Source: Camelus ferus
Lineage: Eukaryota
Assembly (NCBI RefSeq): GCF_009834535.1
Contig: NC_045717.1
Span: forward strand, 26,660,001-26,724,000
DNA: 64,000 bases
Direction of reading: 5' to 3'
Each line of letters begins with the position of its first letter. The stretch's first letter is position 1. The notes under the pieces are model-generated. The model saw nothing but the letters and a program-made list of their open reading frames with translations. It had not been told where the DNA came from and did no database searches. Below, piece by piece: positions 13,660 to 26,350 of this stretch. The translations under genes were made by a program, and so were the position numbers.

Positions 13660-14588
13660 ACTGGGTGGACACACCATCCCTTTATTTAAATGCGACTTCC
13701 ACATTTGTCTTGTCACACTCAAGGGTGGGCGAAGACTGGCCACCATGCGAGCACCATACACCCGTCTTCCTGGAGCACCTTGAAGCCCCGCACCCCAACC
13801 TTGCCGGTGAAGCACCTGCTGGAAAGAGGAGAGGTGAAGGGAGAAAAGGGCTGGCTCCAGCGGGAGGCACACACCTGCCCCCACCAGGGGCACAGCAGGG
13901 CAGGCAGCCAGGAGAGAACCCACCACAAGGGCCAGGTACCGCCAGGGCCCAAGGGCCACACGAGCACTTACAGGGGTCAGGCCGCAAGGGCAGGCAGCTG
14001 AGCCTCCAGCTCTCTCTCCCAGGTGACATCCCTCCTGGGACAGTGACCCCAGGTCATTGCTGCTCTTGGGCCACCCTTCCGAGTTGCACCAGCTTCTGTT
14101 CAACCTGCCAAAACAGAGGAGTGTTAACCCCGACACCCTTGCTGAGCTCACAGCTGCCCCTCCCCATCTCCCCCAACACCGGCCACAGCTCCTAGGAGGG
14201 TCTCAAGCTAGTCACTGGAGCCAACCCGAGAGCCCCTGCCACAGGCCAGCATGGGCCTGTGCCTTTCAGATGGGCCAGCCACCTTCCACTCTTAAGCAGG
14301 GCCAGCTACCACTCAAGATGGAGCTGCTCAGAACTGGTGTGGGCACTGAGGGAAAACTCATGGAGGCAACAGACATGAGAGAGCTAGTCAGGAATGGGAC
14401 TTAAAGAGGTCTGGAAAAGACGGTCAATTGACAATTGACGAACAAAAAAATTCAAAAGACAAGGTGTTCATTAGGTGGTCTGCAACCCTGCTTACAGATC
14501 GAACCTACTGGAGAGGCACAACTTCCCGGGCCGTTCGCCTGGCCACAGGTGGGGGAGGGCGAACGGCTGGGAATGCCTTTAACTCTAG
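13660..14588 (-). other. CIRBP: Candidate CIRBP distal terminal exon
   Basis: About 45-nt U-rich polypyrimidine tract (A-run on plus, 14595-14637) followed by tandem acceptors AAG (exon start 14588) and TAG (14584); AATAAA at 13686-13681. Confidence 0.55.
13681..13686 (-). terminator. CIRBP: Candidate distal CIRBP poly(A) signal
   Basis: tttatt on plus strand, between CIRBP and the FAM174C promoter. Confidence 0.5.
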
Positions 14589-14717
14589 CTTGATTAAAAA
14601 AAAAAAAGAAAAAAAGGAAAATGGAAAAGCAAAAAACAGTCAAAGGAACATTCCCCAGGTACGTGACTTTCAAATGAGCTCTTGACAGGAGGGATGCGGA
14701 CGAGCAAAAGGAGTTAC

Positions 14718-14833
14718 CTCGAGTTACAGGACTATCTCCACAAATGAGCTAGCCCAGGGAGCAGCTTGCATCTCAGAGGTTTCTGTTGGGCGCACAACAC
14801 TTCTGTCCTCCGAGGGGCTGCAGCTTCCATAGG
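14718..14833 (-). other. CIRBP: Candidate CIRBP alternative internal 3' exon
   Basis: Acceptor ttctctgctag| at 14834 (second acceptor ctgcag| at 14818) and donor GAG|GTAACT at 14717. Confidence 0.6.
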
Positions 14834-15317
14834 CTAGCAGAGAACGCTTGGAACTTGTAAAGCAACAGTAAAGCTAGCTAATGAGCCAGTCGGTCAGTCC
14901 GTAGTCACCCAGGGACACTGCCTGCATCTGCTCTCCGGCCTGCTTCTAGACTAAGGTGCTCTGGGTCAGCGTCAGGCGCCCCCATGTCCACCATCCCTGC
15001 TAAGCTGCCCACCCCATCGAGCCCTCCAGCTGCCACTGCCAGAAGCCTCCCGGGGCTGCCCTGGCGTCCGAGCAGCCCGCTCCCGTTACCCACCTGCTCA
15101 CCTAACTGGAGCGGGTGGCAGTCTGCTGTCACGGGGGCCCGGCCAGGGGCACTGACTCTGCCTTCCCTGTCTAGCTCTTGGCAGCCTTGGGCGGGACCGG
15201 CAGGCCTAGTCCTCAAGCTGCCCTCTCTGTTCAGGCCTGCCTGCCTTGAGCCCGCAGCAGGGAGCGTGTTGTGTAATCAAAGGGCGATGGTCAGAGCGAG
15301 GTTCATTCAGATGGTCT

Positions 15318-15323
15318 TTTAAT
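15318..15323 (-). terminator. CIRBP: CIRBP proximal poly(A) signal ATTAAA
   Basis: ...GAAGCCGATTAAAAGACC matches the CIRBP mRNA 3' end as recalled. Confidence 0.8.
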
Positions 15324-16038
15324 CGGCTTCGTGAAGCCAAAGAGAATTGCATACAAGAATTCCTCAACCACTTCAAATACAACATGGATGGGATATGCAT
15401 ACGTCTTCCAGTAAAAAGGACGGTATAAATAAACGTTTTCAAGAACCTCTCGGAGACGTCTGCAAGTCTACCGTGGGTCACACAGCACAGGTGGGCACAC
15501 GGGCCGGGCCGAGCTGCCCAGCTCTGCCACTGCCACCGGGACGGTCCTACCACCCACACTCAGAAACGTGACACGGAGTTGGAAAAAAGCCACAGCGTGC
15601 TCAGCTTCTGACAGAGCGGATTCACAATCGGATCTCTCTCAAAGAGAAGTGACTTGGGGCACCCACTTCATGGGGCCGACCAACCAAAAAGAGAAACAAG
15701 GCAACGAATCAAAAACAAAGCAAAACCCACACAACCCCTGATGACTTTCTAAAACTCACGGCTCGTGGTAAAAAGGTGAAAGTGAGATCTGGAGTGCTTT
15801 TCAAAACGTTTTGCAAACTTTTAAAAACAGACAACGCCTCCTTAAAAAGAAAAGTGTAGTGATGAGGCCATGGGGGGGTCAGAAGCAGTCAGGCTGTGTT
15901 CGACAAGATCGGAACTGATTAAGACTACAGAAGTGGGGACAAGGAGGTGTGTTCACTACACCATTAACGATTCAGCGCAGCTCCCACAATCTTTAAATAT
16001 ACAGCCATTGGAAGGACGATCTTGAGCAGGAAGGATTT

Positions 16039-17266
<1,228 letters not shown>

Positions 17267-18323
17267 GGTGGCCTGTGGCAAACACCATTGAAATCCTGAG
17301 GTCCTGCTGGGGCTCAAGACTCACCCCTCTCTACTTCACTCTAAACGATATATGCTCCTGGGGGACACAATGGAAAAGTACTTTTCTGCTCCTTAACCAT
17401 CCCCAGCCTACACCCAGAACTTAATTCAAATAAGCCCTTAATTCCTTTATCATCTCAGGCCCTTGCCCTTTTTCTGTGCTTGGGCCAACTCTGTCCCCCT
17501 AAGACTGGGGGCTCCCTGAGGGGTGGGGCCACACCGCGGTTCTGAGCGCGGTTCCTCAGTGCTGCCCTGGCTGTGGAGCCCCAAAACTCCAGCCAGGATG
17601 CGCCCTCATGGGACGTTTAGGGTTGGACCCTGAAGGAAGTCATTGGCTACCAACGCCACGGGCTGAGCGAACCTTGGTTTCTGTCCTTTGCAAACAAGGG
17701 GCAAACCCCTAACCTGGCCACGGGGGCGCGGGGTGGCTAAGTGCTTGGTCCACTGTAGGGCGCTGTGCAGGGTGGCCGAGGACTGGACGCTGGGATGTCA
17801 ATGCGGGGCGGGCATGTGGGGAGGGTGCTTAGACTGACCCCTGACGGGCTAGGAGGCCTCCGCCTAATGGCTCCGAAACACAGGCCAAAAGACGACCTGC
17901 AGCCGCGCAAATCGGACCCACACTTGGGGCGCGGGGGGTGGGTGGCACCAGGACTGTGCTGCCCTCGCACGACTTCAACGGGAAAGCGGGGAGGAGCCCC
18001 GGTCCCGCCCCGCGCATGCGCTCCGCGCCCCGCCATCCGGGGACCCGGCGCTCCCGCCATTTCGCTGGGCGCAGCCTCACGCTCCGGGCCGCCATTTTGC
18101 GGCAGCGCCCCGCTCATGGCGGGCCTGGCCCCCGAGACGCCCTCCGGCCGCGGCTCGGCCGGGCCTCTGCTACCCCTCACCACCGGCGGGGCAGACACCA
18201 CCCCGGGCCCGCCCCGGCGCCGCCCCCGCCCAGGGGCGTGCCGCCGCCGCCCCGCCTCGTCCGGCCGGTCGCAGGCCGCCCGCCGCCCCGGGCCCGTGGA
18301 GCCGGTGCCGCCAGGGCCCTCAC

Positions 18324-18400
18324 CACTGAGTTGGGCAGGTCCCTGGCGCAGGCGGGAAGACGGCGCAGCACAACGAGCCGAGCTTCCTAACGCGCGAGTG
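18324..18400 (-). other. CIRBP: CIRBP non-coding exon 1 (5' end approximate)
   Basis: Donor CTCAGTG|GTGAGG at 18324/18323 joins exon 2 GCCACCATGG (exon 2 starts at 17272). Confidence 0.85.
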
Positions 18401-18419
18401 ATGGGGGGGGTGCCCCGCG

Positions 18420-18710
18420 CCCAGCCTTATGTACGCCACCGCCGGGCTCCGCCTCCGTGCCCGCCTCTCTCTCTGCGCCAGCCAATCCGCGGCCCTGGAG
18501 TTCATGGTTGTGCCTCATATTCATAAGCTGGGAGGCTGGGCCTACACTGGCCCCGCCCCCTCCGGCGCGAGGGCGCCGGGCGCAGTGACTGGCGGAGACT
18601 CGCGGAATCCGCAATCTCCCGATTGCGAGCGGGAACGGGGCCGCAGCGCGGCGGGGGCGGGGCTGACCCACTTCTATGTGCCGGCCCCGGGCCAGTGGCG
18701 GGGAACAAAG
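18420..18710 (-). promoter_or_regulatory. CIRBP: CIRBP promoter: TATA-like TACATAAG (~18426-18433), CCAAT (18482-18486), GC box (~18550-18559) and TCCCCGCC element (18704-18697)
   Basis: Motifs read directly within a CpG island of about 17700-18720. Intron 1 also carries NRF1-like GCGCATGCGC (18012-18021) and YY1-like GCCGCCATTTTG (18088-18099). Confidence 0.7.
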
Positions 18711-20250
18711 GGCTCACGCAGCTGTTGCCAGGGGCCAGAGCCTTTTGGGAACCCTCCAGGGGTCACTGGGAGCCCCGACCTTCGCTGTGCGCCAACAGTT
18801 GCCGATATATACCGACCTCACTCAGGTCCCCATACCACCTAAGACCCAGTTTTCAGACACCCCAAATTATCTGAACCCTGACATCAGTCCTTATATACTT
18901 GCCAACATAACCGACACCCCAGAACTCCCAGAACCCCAACGCTTCTGAATACACCTCACGCGGTCTGCCCCAAAGCCCACCCAGACCCTAACACTGAGAC
19001 AGCTCCATTTCTGTGGACCTCAACATTCACCATGATCCCAATTCTTCCTACTTAACAACTTTGGGGCACCCCAACTTCACCCAACCCAGTTTGCCTACAA
19101 ATTCCAGCCTGCATCCACACCTAACTCCCATCCCAACCTTGACTTTGCTTGCCTGGTGCCATGCCCACATCCCAACACTCACCTAGCCAGACACTTGTGC
19201 ATCCCAGCACTAGACCACAGGCTGACCTTGACCTGGGCTCTCAGACCCACCATTGGGCTCAGCCCTCTTATCCTAACATTCAGCTCAGCCTCTCCTCTCC
19301 GCCCCAGCCCCCCTTCCCTTTACCACATCCTCCAGTGCCCCGAGCAGCACACTGTTCTGCTCACCCAGAACCCACCCACTGCCCATGGGGTATCAGTACC
19401 ACTCAGCTCCTCTCCCTGCATGTTTTTGCTTTTGGGGGTTCTGGAGACCTCTGCTATCAGGAGAACCAGCTTTTCAGACATCCTCACCGCCAAGGCTGCT
19501 GCTGCGGATCCCCAAGGCCACCTTATGGGTGCCCCTCTTGTGGCCACTACTTTCCTACTTGCCCAGGCCTTGGCTCATGTTACCTTCTGTGGCCCTGGAC
19601 CCTTCCGTGGGGTGGAATAAGCTAGCTCAGACCCAAGAAAGCCCTGCCCTAGAAAGTCTTCAAAGGGCAGACCCTCTGCATAATTTAGGGAGATTTGAGA
19701 ACAGAGACCCCACTTTGCTGCTCACTCCAGAAAAGTTCCAGGCCTCAGACTTGCTGCCACACTCGGGTGGGTCTAGCTGACTGATGCAGTCGGGGTGTGG
19801 GCATGGACACTGTCTCCTGCGACAAGGTCCCTGGGACCCCCACCTTCGGCTCAGGACCCCCTCCCCTAGGCAGGAGCTCATGACTCACTGCACCTTGTCC
19901 CTCTACGCCATAGCCCCCACCCCCGTACAGCTCCCGTCAGCAGCAGCCTGCTGCTGCATCAGCCACTCACGCAGGGCGCTTATTAAAAGGAGCAGAGAGA
20001 ACCAGCACGCAGCTCCCCTTCCCGCTGGCACCCACGGCGCGGCCTGGGACGAGGCACGCCCGGCCCAGGGAGTAGCCCCGCCGCCACCTTCTGTTCTGCT
20101 CTTCCAGCAGAGTCAGGTCGGCGGCTCCTGACGCTGGTTCAGGCCTGGCGTTCCCTGCAGTCACGGGGTCCCACCATCACTCTTTGCCCCCCACCCTCAC
20201 TATTCTGTGGTTCGTAGTCTGTCTTCTCCTGGTTTTGTGCAGCGCCCTGG

Positions 20251-20320
20251 TTCATTCACTCATTCCACCAGTACACCGTAACTAGGCGTTTACTTACTAT
20301 AAGCCTGTTGCTGGGTACCA
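20251..20320 (-). mobile_element. Degenerate L2 3'-end fragment
   Basis: ttcattcactcattccaccag...tttacttactataagcc resembles an inverted L2 tail. Confidence 0.45.
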
Positions 20321-21339
20321 GCCTCCACGGGAACCCAGGACTGTCTGGGTTCCCATCATGGTGTGGATCTATACCTGTGGATACCTGTCCCCACGTACTC
20401 CTGGACCAGGCATTCTGTGGGAACTGTGTACTTGCATCTCAGGTGTGTTTCCTGTATCCGTATCTGTGTTTCTGTAGTTACCTACGTCTGGGTGTCCCGG
20501 TGACTCAGTGTGTAACCAGGACATTGTGTCCGCGGGGTGGGGGGTGTGGGCTCTCAGGAGCCTGGGACCACTTCTTTCCCTGGCGCTGCCGCAGGGCCAC
20601 ACACTCTCCCGACGGACACAAGAGAGCGCTGCAGCCCCGCTGTCAACCTGGCCGGGGTCTCCCGGTTCCGCCCCGCGGTCCAGCAGCCGGCGGGGTCGAG
20701 CGCACCAGAGTGGGAGGGAGTCCCCGTTCCGCCCCCAGGCCCGCCCCTGTGCCACTGGGGTGGCTGTGGGAGGAGGGGACTCAAAATAGCCGAGGGCGGG
20801 GGCGAGGCTGCTATTCGAAGCCCGGACGCGCGGGGCACGCCGCCTGCCCGGCGGGACGGGGATTAGGCTGGAGGTCCCCGTCTGCGCCCTCACAAGACGC
20901 CCTTCCCCAGGAACCCGCTGAAGATCCCCGGGCTGGGCGCCCCGCCCTTTCGCTCGCCGGCGTTGCCCGGGAGACGGGAGTGGGGCCGTCTGGCTCCCGC
21001 ACCGCCCCCTCCGTCCTCCCCGCAGGGTCCGGCCCGCCGGACGCCGGATCCTCCCCCGACCCTAGCTAATGACCGGGCGGGGAGGCGGTAATGAGCGTCT
21101 GGGCCCGGGACGGGCGTGGCCGGGATGAAAGGCGCGTGGGGGGCACCCCGGGGCCGCGTAATTACCGCCCCCTCCCGGCCAGCCAGGCGGGGGCCGGGAC
21201 CGTGCACCTGGCGGCCGCCCGGCTGGGGGCGCGGAAGTGGGACCTTCCTGGCAGAGACTCCAGCCCGCCTGCCTGGCCCAGATCCCGGGGCCCAGAGCCA
21301 GAAAGGGGGAAGCGGGGACTGGATGTGTGTGCACGTTGC

Positions 21340-21730
21340 CAGGTGTGGTGCGCATGTGTGCCCGTGGGCAGGGACTCGTAGGTACAGACGCGCAGAAACA
21401 AGGATTCCGGGGACCATGCTTGTGTGGACATGAAAGTGGGGCTGTGTGCACGTGCACAAGGGTGGGGAAGTGTGTACACGGAACACACATGTATGTGCGT
21501 GCGCAAGCTGGTGTGGAGATGTGCGTGTGTGTGTACACATGGAAACACTTTTGCACAGTGCCTTATGTGCAAGAACACAGGAGGCTGTGTGTAGACCCCA
21601 AGGTGTGTGCATAACTGAGATGTGGGATAGCTGGGAACAGGGCTGGGTGTGCATGACTCCTGGGACCAGGACTCACAGATCATATGTGCCCATGGCTGGC
21701 AGCATGACTCATGTCCCTGGGGTGGGCACA
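21340..21730. repeat. Degenerate (TG/CA)-rich low-complexity tract
   Basis: tgtgtgc/acacat motifs seen directly. Confidence 0.65.
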
Positions 21731-24195
21731 TGCCATGTGCTGTGTCATGGGCCTCCTAGGGCAGAGGGGAGATACAGCAGGCCAGAAGCCAAGAGGAAGA
21801 GTTAAAATACTTCCACATTGTCCACATGCGTGAGTCCACCATCTGAGATCCCTAAGAGGCCCCAGGTGGCTGCCAACTGTGAGCACCCCAGAGTCAGCTG
21901 CCTGCACCCTGACCTCAGTTTCTCCCCTGTTCCTAGAAGGTGGTCTTTTTGGTGGAGCATGGGGGGGCACCTGGATGGAGCTGTCTGTGACTCCTGACCC
22001 AGGTGTGTGGAGACTGCCTCTTCTGCTCCTGTCCGGGTCTCCATCCCAGGGGTGCAAAGGCCAGGCTGGTGACCGCAGTCCCCACCAACCACAGGTGTGG
22101 AGTGGGACTCCTGGAAACACCCAGGAGGCATATGCATTGTGTACCTGCAGCCCACCTGTGCCTGGGAAGGCGGCCTGTGGGAGCCACAGGCCTGTCCCAT
22201 TTTCTTTTTCCATATTTCAAGGATACCTGGATGGTGACCCCCCCTACTGGGGAAAACTGGGGCACCAGCCGGGTTACAATTGCACAGCCAAGCAATCACA
22301 CACCAAGAACCAAATTCAGGCATAGAACACCTTTCGGGTATTGGTGAAATGCCAGAGCTTGTGCAGGAACAGAGACCCCTGCATGCTCACTGAAACCCCA
22401 AGGCTTGCCTCGGTGGGGACTGGAGATGAAACCCACTGGGTTTCTGAGACTGGGGAAGGGCTGAGGTCCACAGCCCCACCCCCCAGGGGCAGGAGGAGCT
22501 GATCCCCACTGATGCCCTGTCCACTCAAGTGACCTTGGCCCTGCACCCAGGCTCCCTACAGGCACAAAGAGGAGCAGAAGTACCCCTGACTGGGGCTGTG
22601 ACATCTCTGTGGCAACACTGGAGTGGCAGTCATGGAGAGGATCCTCTCTTGGGGCAGCTGCTAGGGGTTCCAGGGAAAGACCTCTGCGCGAAGTGGGGGG
22701 GGGGGGGTCCGGGCACCACACACAGCAGTAGCCCACAACTCACACGTGGGCACAGCCTAGCCCCTGGAACCCAAGCAGGCAGACACAGGTGCCCACAAAT
22801 CACCATCCCTCCCCGGAGGGTCAGCGATGGCCCAGGTGCCCAGCTGGGCAGGTAGGGGGTGTCCAGGCTCCTCTCTAGGCCTCAGGTGCGTCCTCTGAGA
22901 AGTGGGCAGAGCAGCAGCACTTCCTGGGTTCAGCGAGGGTGACCAGAGGGCAGCCAGTGACCAGAGCACAGCACAGAGGGGCTCCTGGGCCTTGGCCTTT
23001 CGCTTCTTTCTCAGGGGCTCAGGACACGCAGAAAACTGTCTCTTATGCATGAGGAAGCCTCACTTCTTCTGAGGGCGCCCACACCCCAGCACCTGTCCTG
23101 CCTGGTCTGGCGCTGCTCGGGGGCCCGCAGGCTGGAGGGTGTGTGGGCAGCGTCCGCAGCTGGAGCGCCTGCGTGCTGGGGGGCCGCTGCTGCCTCGGCC
23201 GAGCCCGTCGCCGAGGGTCTGAGTTCTGGCTGCCTGGTGTAACCTTCAATTTTGTGGTTTTCCTAAGGGAGGTCTTGGCCCAGGGTGAGAGCGGGTGACT
23301 GTTCCTTCTGAGGGTCACACGGTTGATTGCGGTTGTGGTACCAAAGTGTGGGTTGGGACGGGCTTGGGGGGGTGTGGGCTGTTGCGGGCGGGGGCCCCTG
23401 CGTTGCAGAGCCGGGGCCTGTCACTCAGGCGAGACCAGCATGTACCCGGTGGCTGGCGAGGGTGTGCTATGCGTTTGAGTGTGGGGCGGCCGAGGGGACT
23501 GGTCTGGATCTGGTGGCCGCAAGGGGCCCTGTGTGCGCGTCTGGGTTGTGCCGATTCTCTGGGAGGTCTGTGGGTAGCGTCTGGGCTGTGGGGTGTGTGC
23601 GGTGCAGTTGCAGACAGCTGTCTCAGGCCCCCAACTCCGCCTGCCTGCTCTGCCTGCCGGCGACCGCCTCCCGCAACCCTGTGGGGAAGGCCCCGCCCAC
23701 ATTCCAGAGTAGTTAGGGGGTGCCCTCCCTGCCCCCCCCCCCCCGCACACTCCTGACCTCTGACTCCGGCTCAATCCCATTCCCTGCATCCTGGGCACCC
23801 AAGGCAGCAGCAGCTGGCTCCTGAGAGGGGCGGCGAGGCGGAGGTGGAGGCTGGAATGTGTGCGGGCGGGGCGGTGAGGGAGGAGGCCCCAGAGAGGGGG
23901 CGGAAGTGGGGGAGGGGCCGGGAGGAGGAGATGGTGGGACACAATCAGGACAAAAATAGAGGGAGACCGCTAGCGAGAGATGGAGACCCAGACAGAAATG
24001 TAGACAGGAAAGCAAAAAGGAGAAACTGAACGAGGAAAAGAGAATTCAGAGGGAAGAGAGATAGGGGCAGAGAAGGATGGAGACAGAGGGGCAGACATGG
24101 GTAGGGGGGAAGAGAGGCCCCTAGCCGAGGACAGAGGCCCACTTTTGAAAGGGCAGTCTCCCTTCCGGGGAAGGGCCCCAGGTGACAGCAGCTCC

Positions 24196-24265
24196 ACCCC
24201 CACCTGCAGGCTGGGCTGCTCACCTGCCCCACCCCCACCTGCAGGCTGGGCTGCTCACCTGCCCC
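24196..24265. repeat. Perfect 35-bp tandem duplication (2 copies)
   Basis: acccccacctgcaggctgggctgctcacctgcccc at 24196-24230 and 24231-24265. Confidence 0.95.
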
Positions 24266-25479
24266 CAGTGACACCAGAGGCTGCCCGTCCTCTGCCCTCC
24301 CTAGTCTGGGCGGCCGTGGGTAGGGCTGGAGCGGAGACTCCTGGGTGGGGCCCCAGCACTCCTGGCTGTAGCTCGGTAACTCCGGTTCCCAGGGTGCCTG
24401 CAGAAGAGGGCGGGTCCGCCAGGCCTGGCGGGAGTGGCTGTGCTGAGGCTCCGTACAGGTGCTGGGCGGTGCAGGAGCTGGCCCCAGTGGGGCACCACTC
24501 ACTCGCATCTCCCTAGACGGCTCCTGGCCAGGGGCCTGGCTCCTCCCAAGCCACCCCTCACTGTGTACTTCGGCTTTTCAAAACCCCGCAGCTAGCCCCA
24601 ACTACCCACTTGGCCGCCACCAGGGGATTCTGGCCTGGAGCTGAAAGACATGACCCCGGTGACCTTCTCTTGCCCGCCCACAGCTGCCTCATCACCCCGG
24701 GAGCACGGCCCACCTGTGAGCCACCATCTGAATCCAGGCCTTCAGTCGACTCCACGTATTGGCAGCCGCGCCTGTCCACACTGCCAGCGGGCGCCCTTCT
24801 GCCCCAGTCTTGCAGCTGTCTGCTAGGGTAAGGCCTAGCGGCTAACCTAGGACCAAAGGTTTTGGCTCACATCCTCCCCACCTGGCAAAGGCCACCCTGT
24901 TCACTCTGATGGCTGTCTTCTGAGTGGACTCCTGGCCACAACAAAACTGAGCCAGTCAGGCAGCCACGAGGACTTCCTGCTGCCATAATCGCCCCTGGGT
25001 CTGCGACTCTCCCAGCTCCTGGCCCAGAAACTTCCCGGTGACAGGTGCCCTTAGGGGTATCTCAGACTCCCCCCCCCTCCAAACCTCCGGGCTCCCTGCA
25101 GCCCCCTTGCCAACCATCTCACTGTGAACCAGAGACCTTCAGACAACGTCCCATCTGTCCCTCCCCAGTCCTCTCCGAAGCCCCATTGGAGTTCTCAGAC
25201 CCCTCCTGGGATGTTCTGGCCTCTGCTCCCAACATCTGCTCCTCCTCCCCAAGCCAGACTTTGGAATCACCCCTTTCGGGTCTTTGCCTTTTGCTTTATG
25301 TCCTCCAACCTGATTTCGCAGCTGTTCCCCAAATGCACCCGCTTTCACGTCTTCAGGCGCTTTTGCACACGCCGTGCCCCCCACCTGGGGCACCATTTTC
25401 CTCTTCCTATACTTGGCAAACTCCTATTCCTTTGGCAGAGCCTTAGCCCAAGTGACTTCCTCCCGCTCCTCCCCCTGCG

Positions 25480-26350
25480 CTCCCCTAGCCCGGGGGTCCC
25501 GCACACGCGGTCGTGGTGAGGGGGCAGCAGGCAATGGCTGAGCGTAGAAGAGGGGCGCACGCGATCGTGCCCGTGCCAGGATCCACGTGCGGCGCCCCCG
25601 AGTACACCCCCTCTTCCGTCCGGGAGCAGCCGGCCGTCAGACCGCTTGGCGCGCCTCCCGCCCCCAAATTGCGGACGTGCGGCCAGAGGGAAGGAGCCGC
25701 ACGCCTCCGCGCCGCGCCTGCGCACTCAGCTGGTCCACGCCCGAGTCCCTCCTGCGGGCGGCAGCCCCGTGAGGCTATTGGTGCGTACAGAGGAGCGAAC
25801 GACCTGGCCACCAATCAGGTTTCCCCTCCCTGGGCCGTTCGACGCAGTACGGGGGCAGGCGGGGCGCCCTCCCCATGGTGACGTCAGGCCCGTTTCGCGG
25901 CGCGTTGCCATGCAAACCGCGTTTCCATCCCTGCGGGCTTCCGGGGGCCGCCCCCTCCCATTCAGTTTTTTCCTTAATGGGGGAGGGGGCGGTGCAGGGC
26001 CGTCCCCGCCCCCTGTCGTTCCGCAGCCCCCGTCCTCTCAGGGACTCAGTTTATCTTTCCGTGCTGCCCACCCCCACGTGGTCTGGCCTGCTACCTCTCC
26101 GGCCGCCTGAACCCCCTCGGCTGGTCACCTCCCCGCAACCCTGCCCTCAGGGCAGGTGTGCGCACTACAGTCCCGCAGAAGGGGAGGAGGCCGATGACCG
26201 CAACCCCCACCCGGGGTGGGGTACTCCTAGAACTCAGGGGCAGGGCTATGACCCTCGGACCACCAGACTGGGCGCCAGGCATCGCCTTGAGGGGTGAGTT
26301 CCCCAGGAGCAGGACAAGCGCCCCCCGCCCTGCAGCGTGCAGACACAGCC
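25480..26350. promoter_or_regulatory. Intergenic CpG island with CCAAT, CRE and RFX motifs
   Basis: ATTGG at ~25777, CCAAT at ~25811, TGACGTCA at 25879-25886, GTTGCCATGCAAAC at 25904-25917. Confidence 0.7.

Noticed and set aside
14423-14439. Palindrome GTCAATTGAC with a partial duplication
   Set aside because: Short; most simply a 7-bp slippage duplication, with no supporting context.
17500-20260. Ortholog of human lncRNA CIRBP-AS1
   Set aside because: Position is compatible by synteny, but I could not identify exons or splice sites from sequence alone, so it is not listed as a feature.
22695-23744. 13-nt G run (22695-22707) and 13-nt C run (~23732-23744)
   Set aside because: Simple homopolymers of uncertain assembled length with no functional context.
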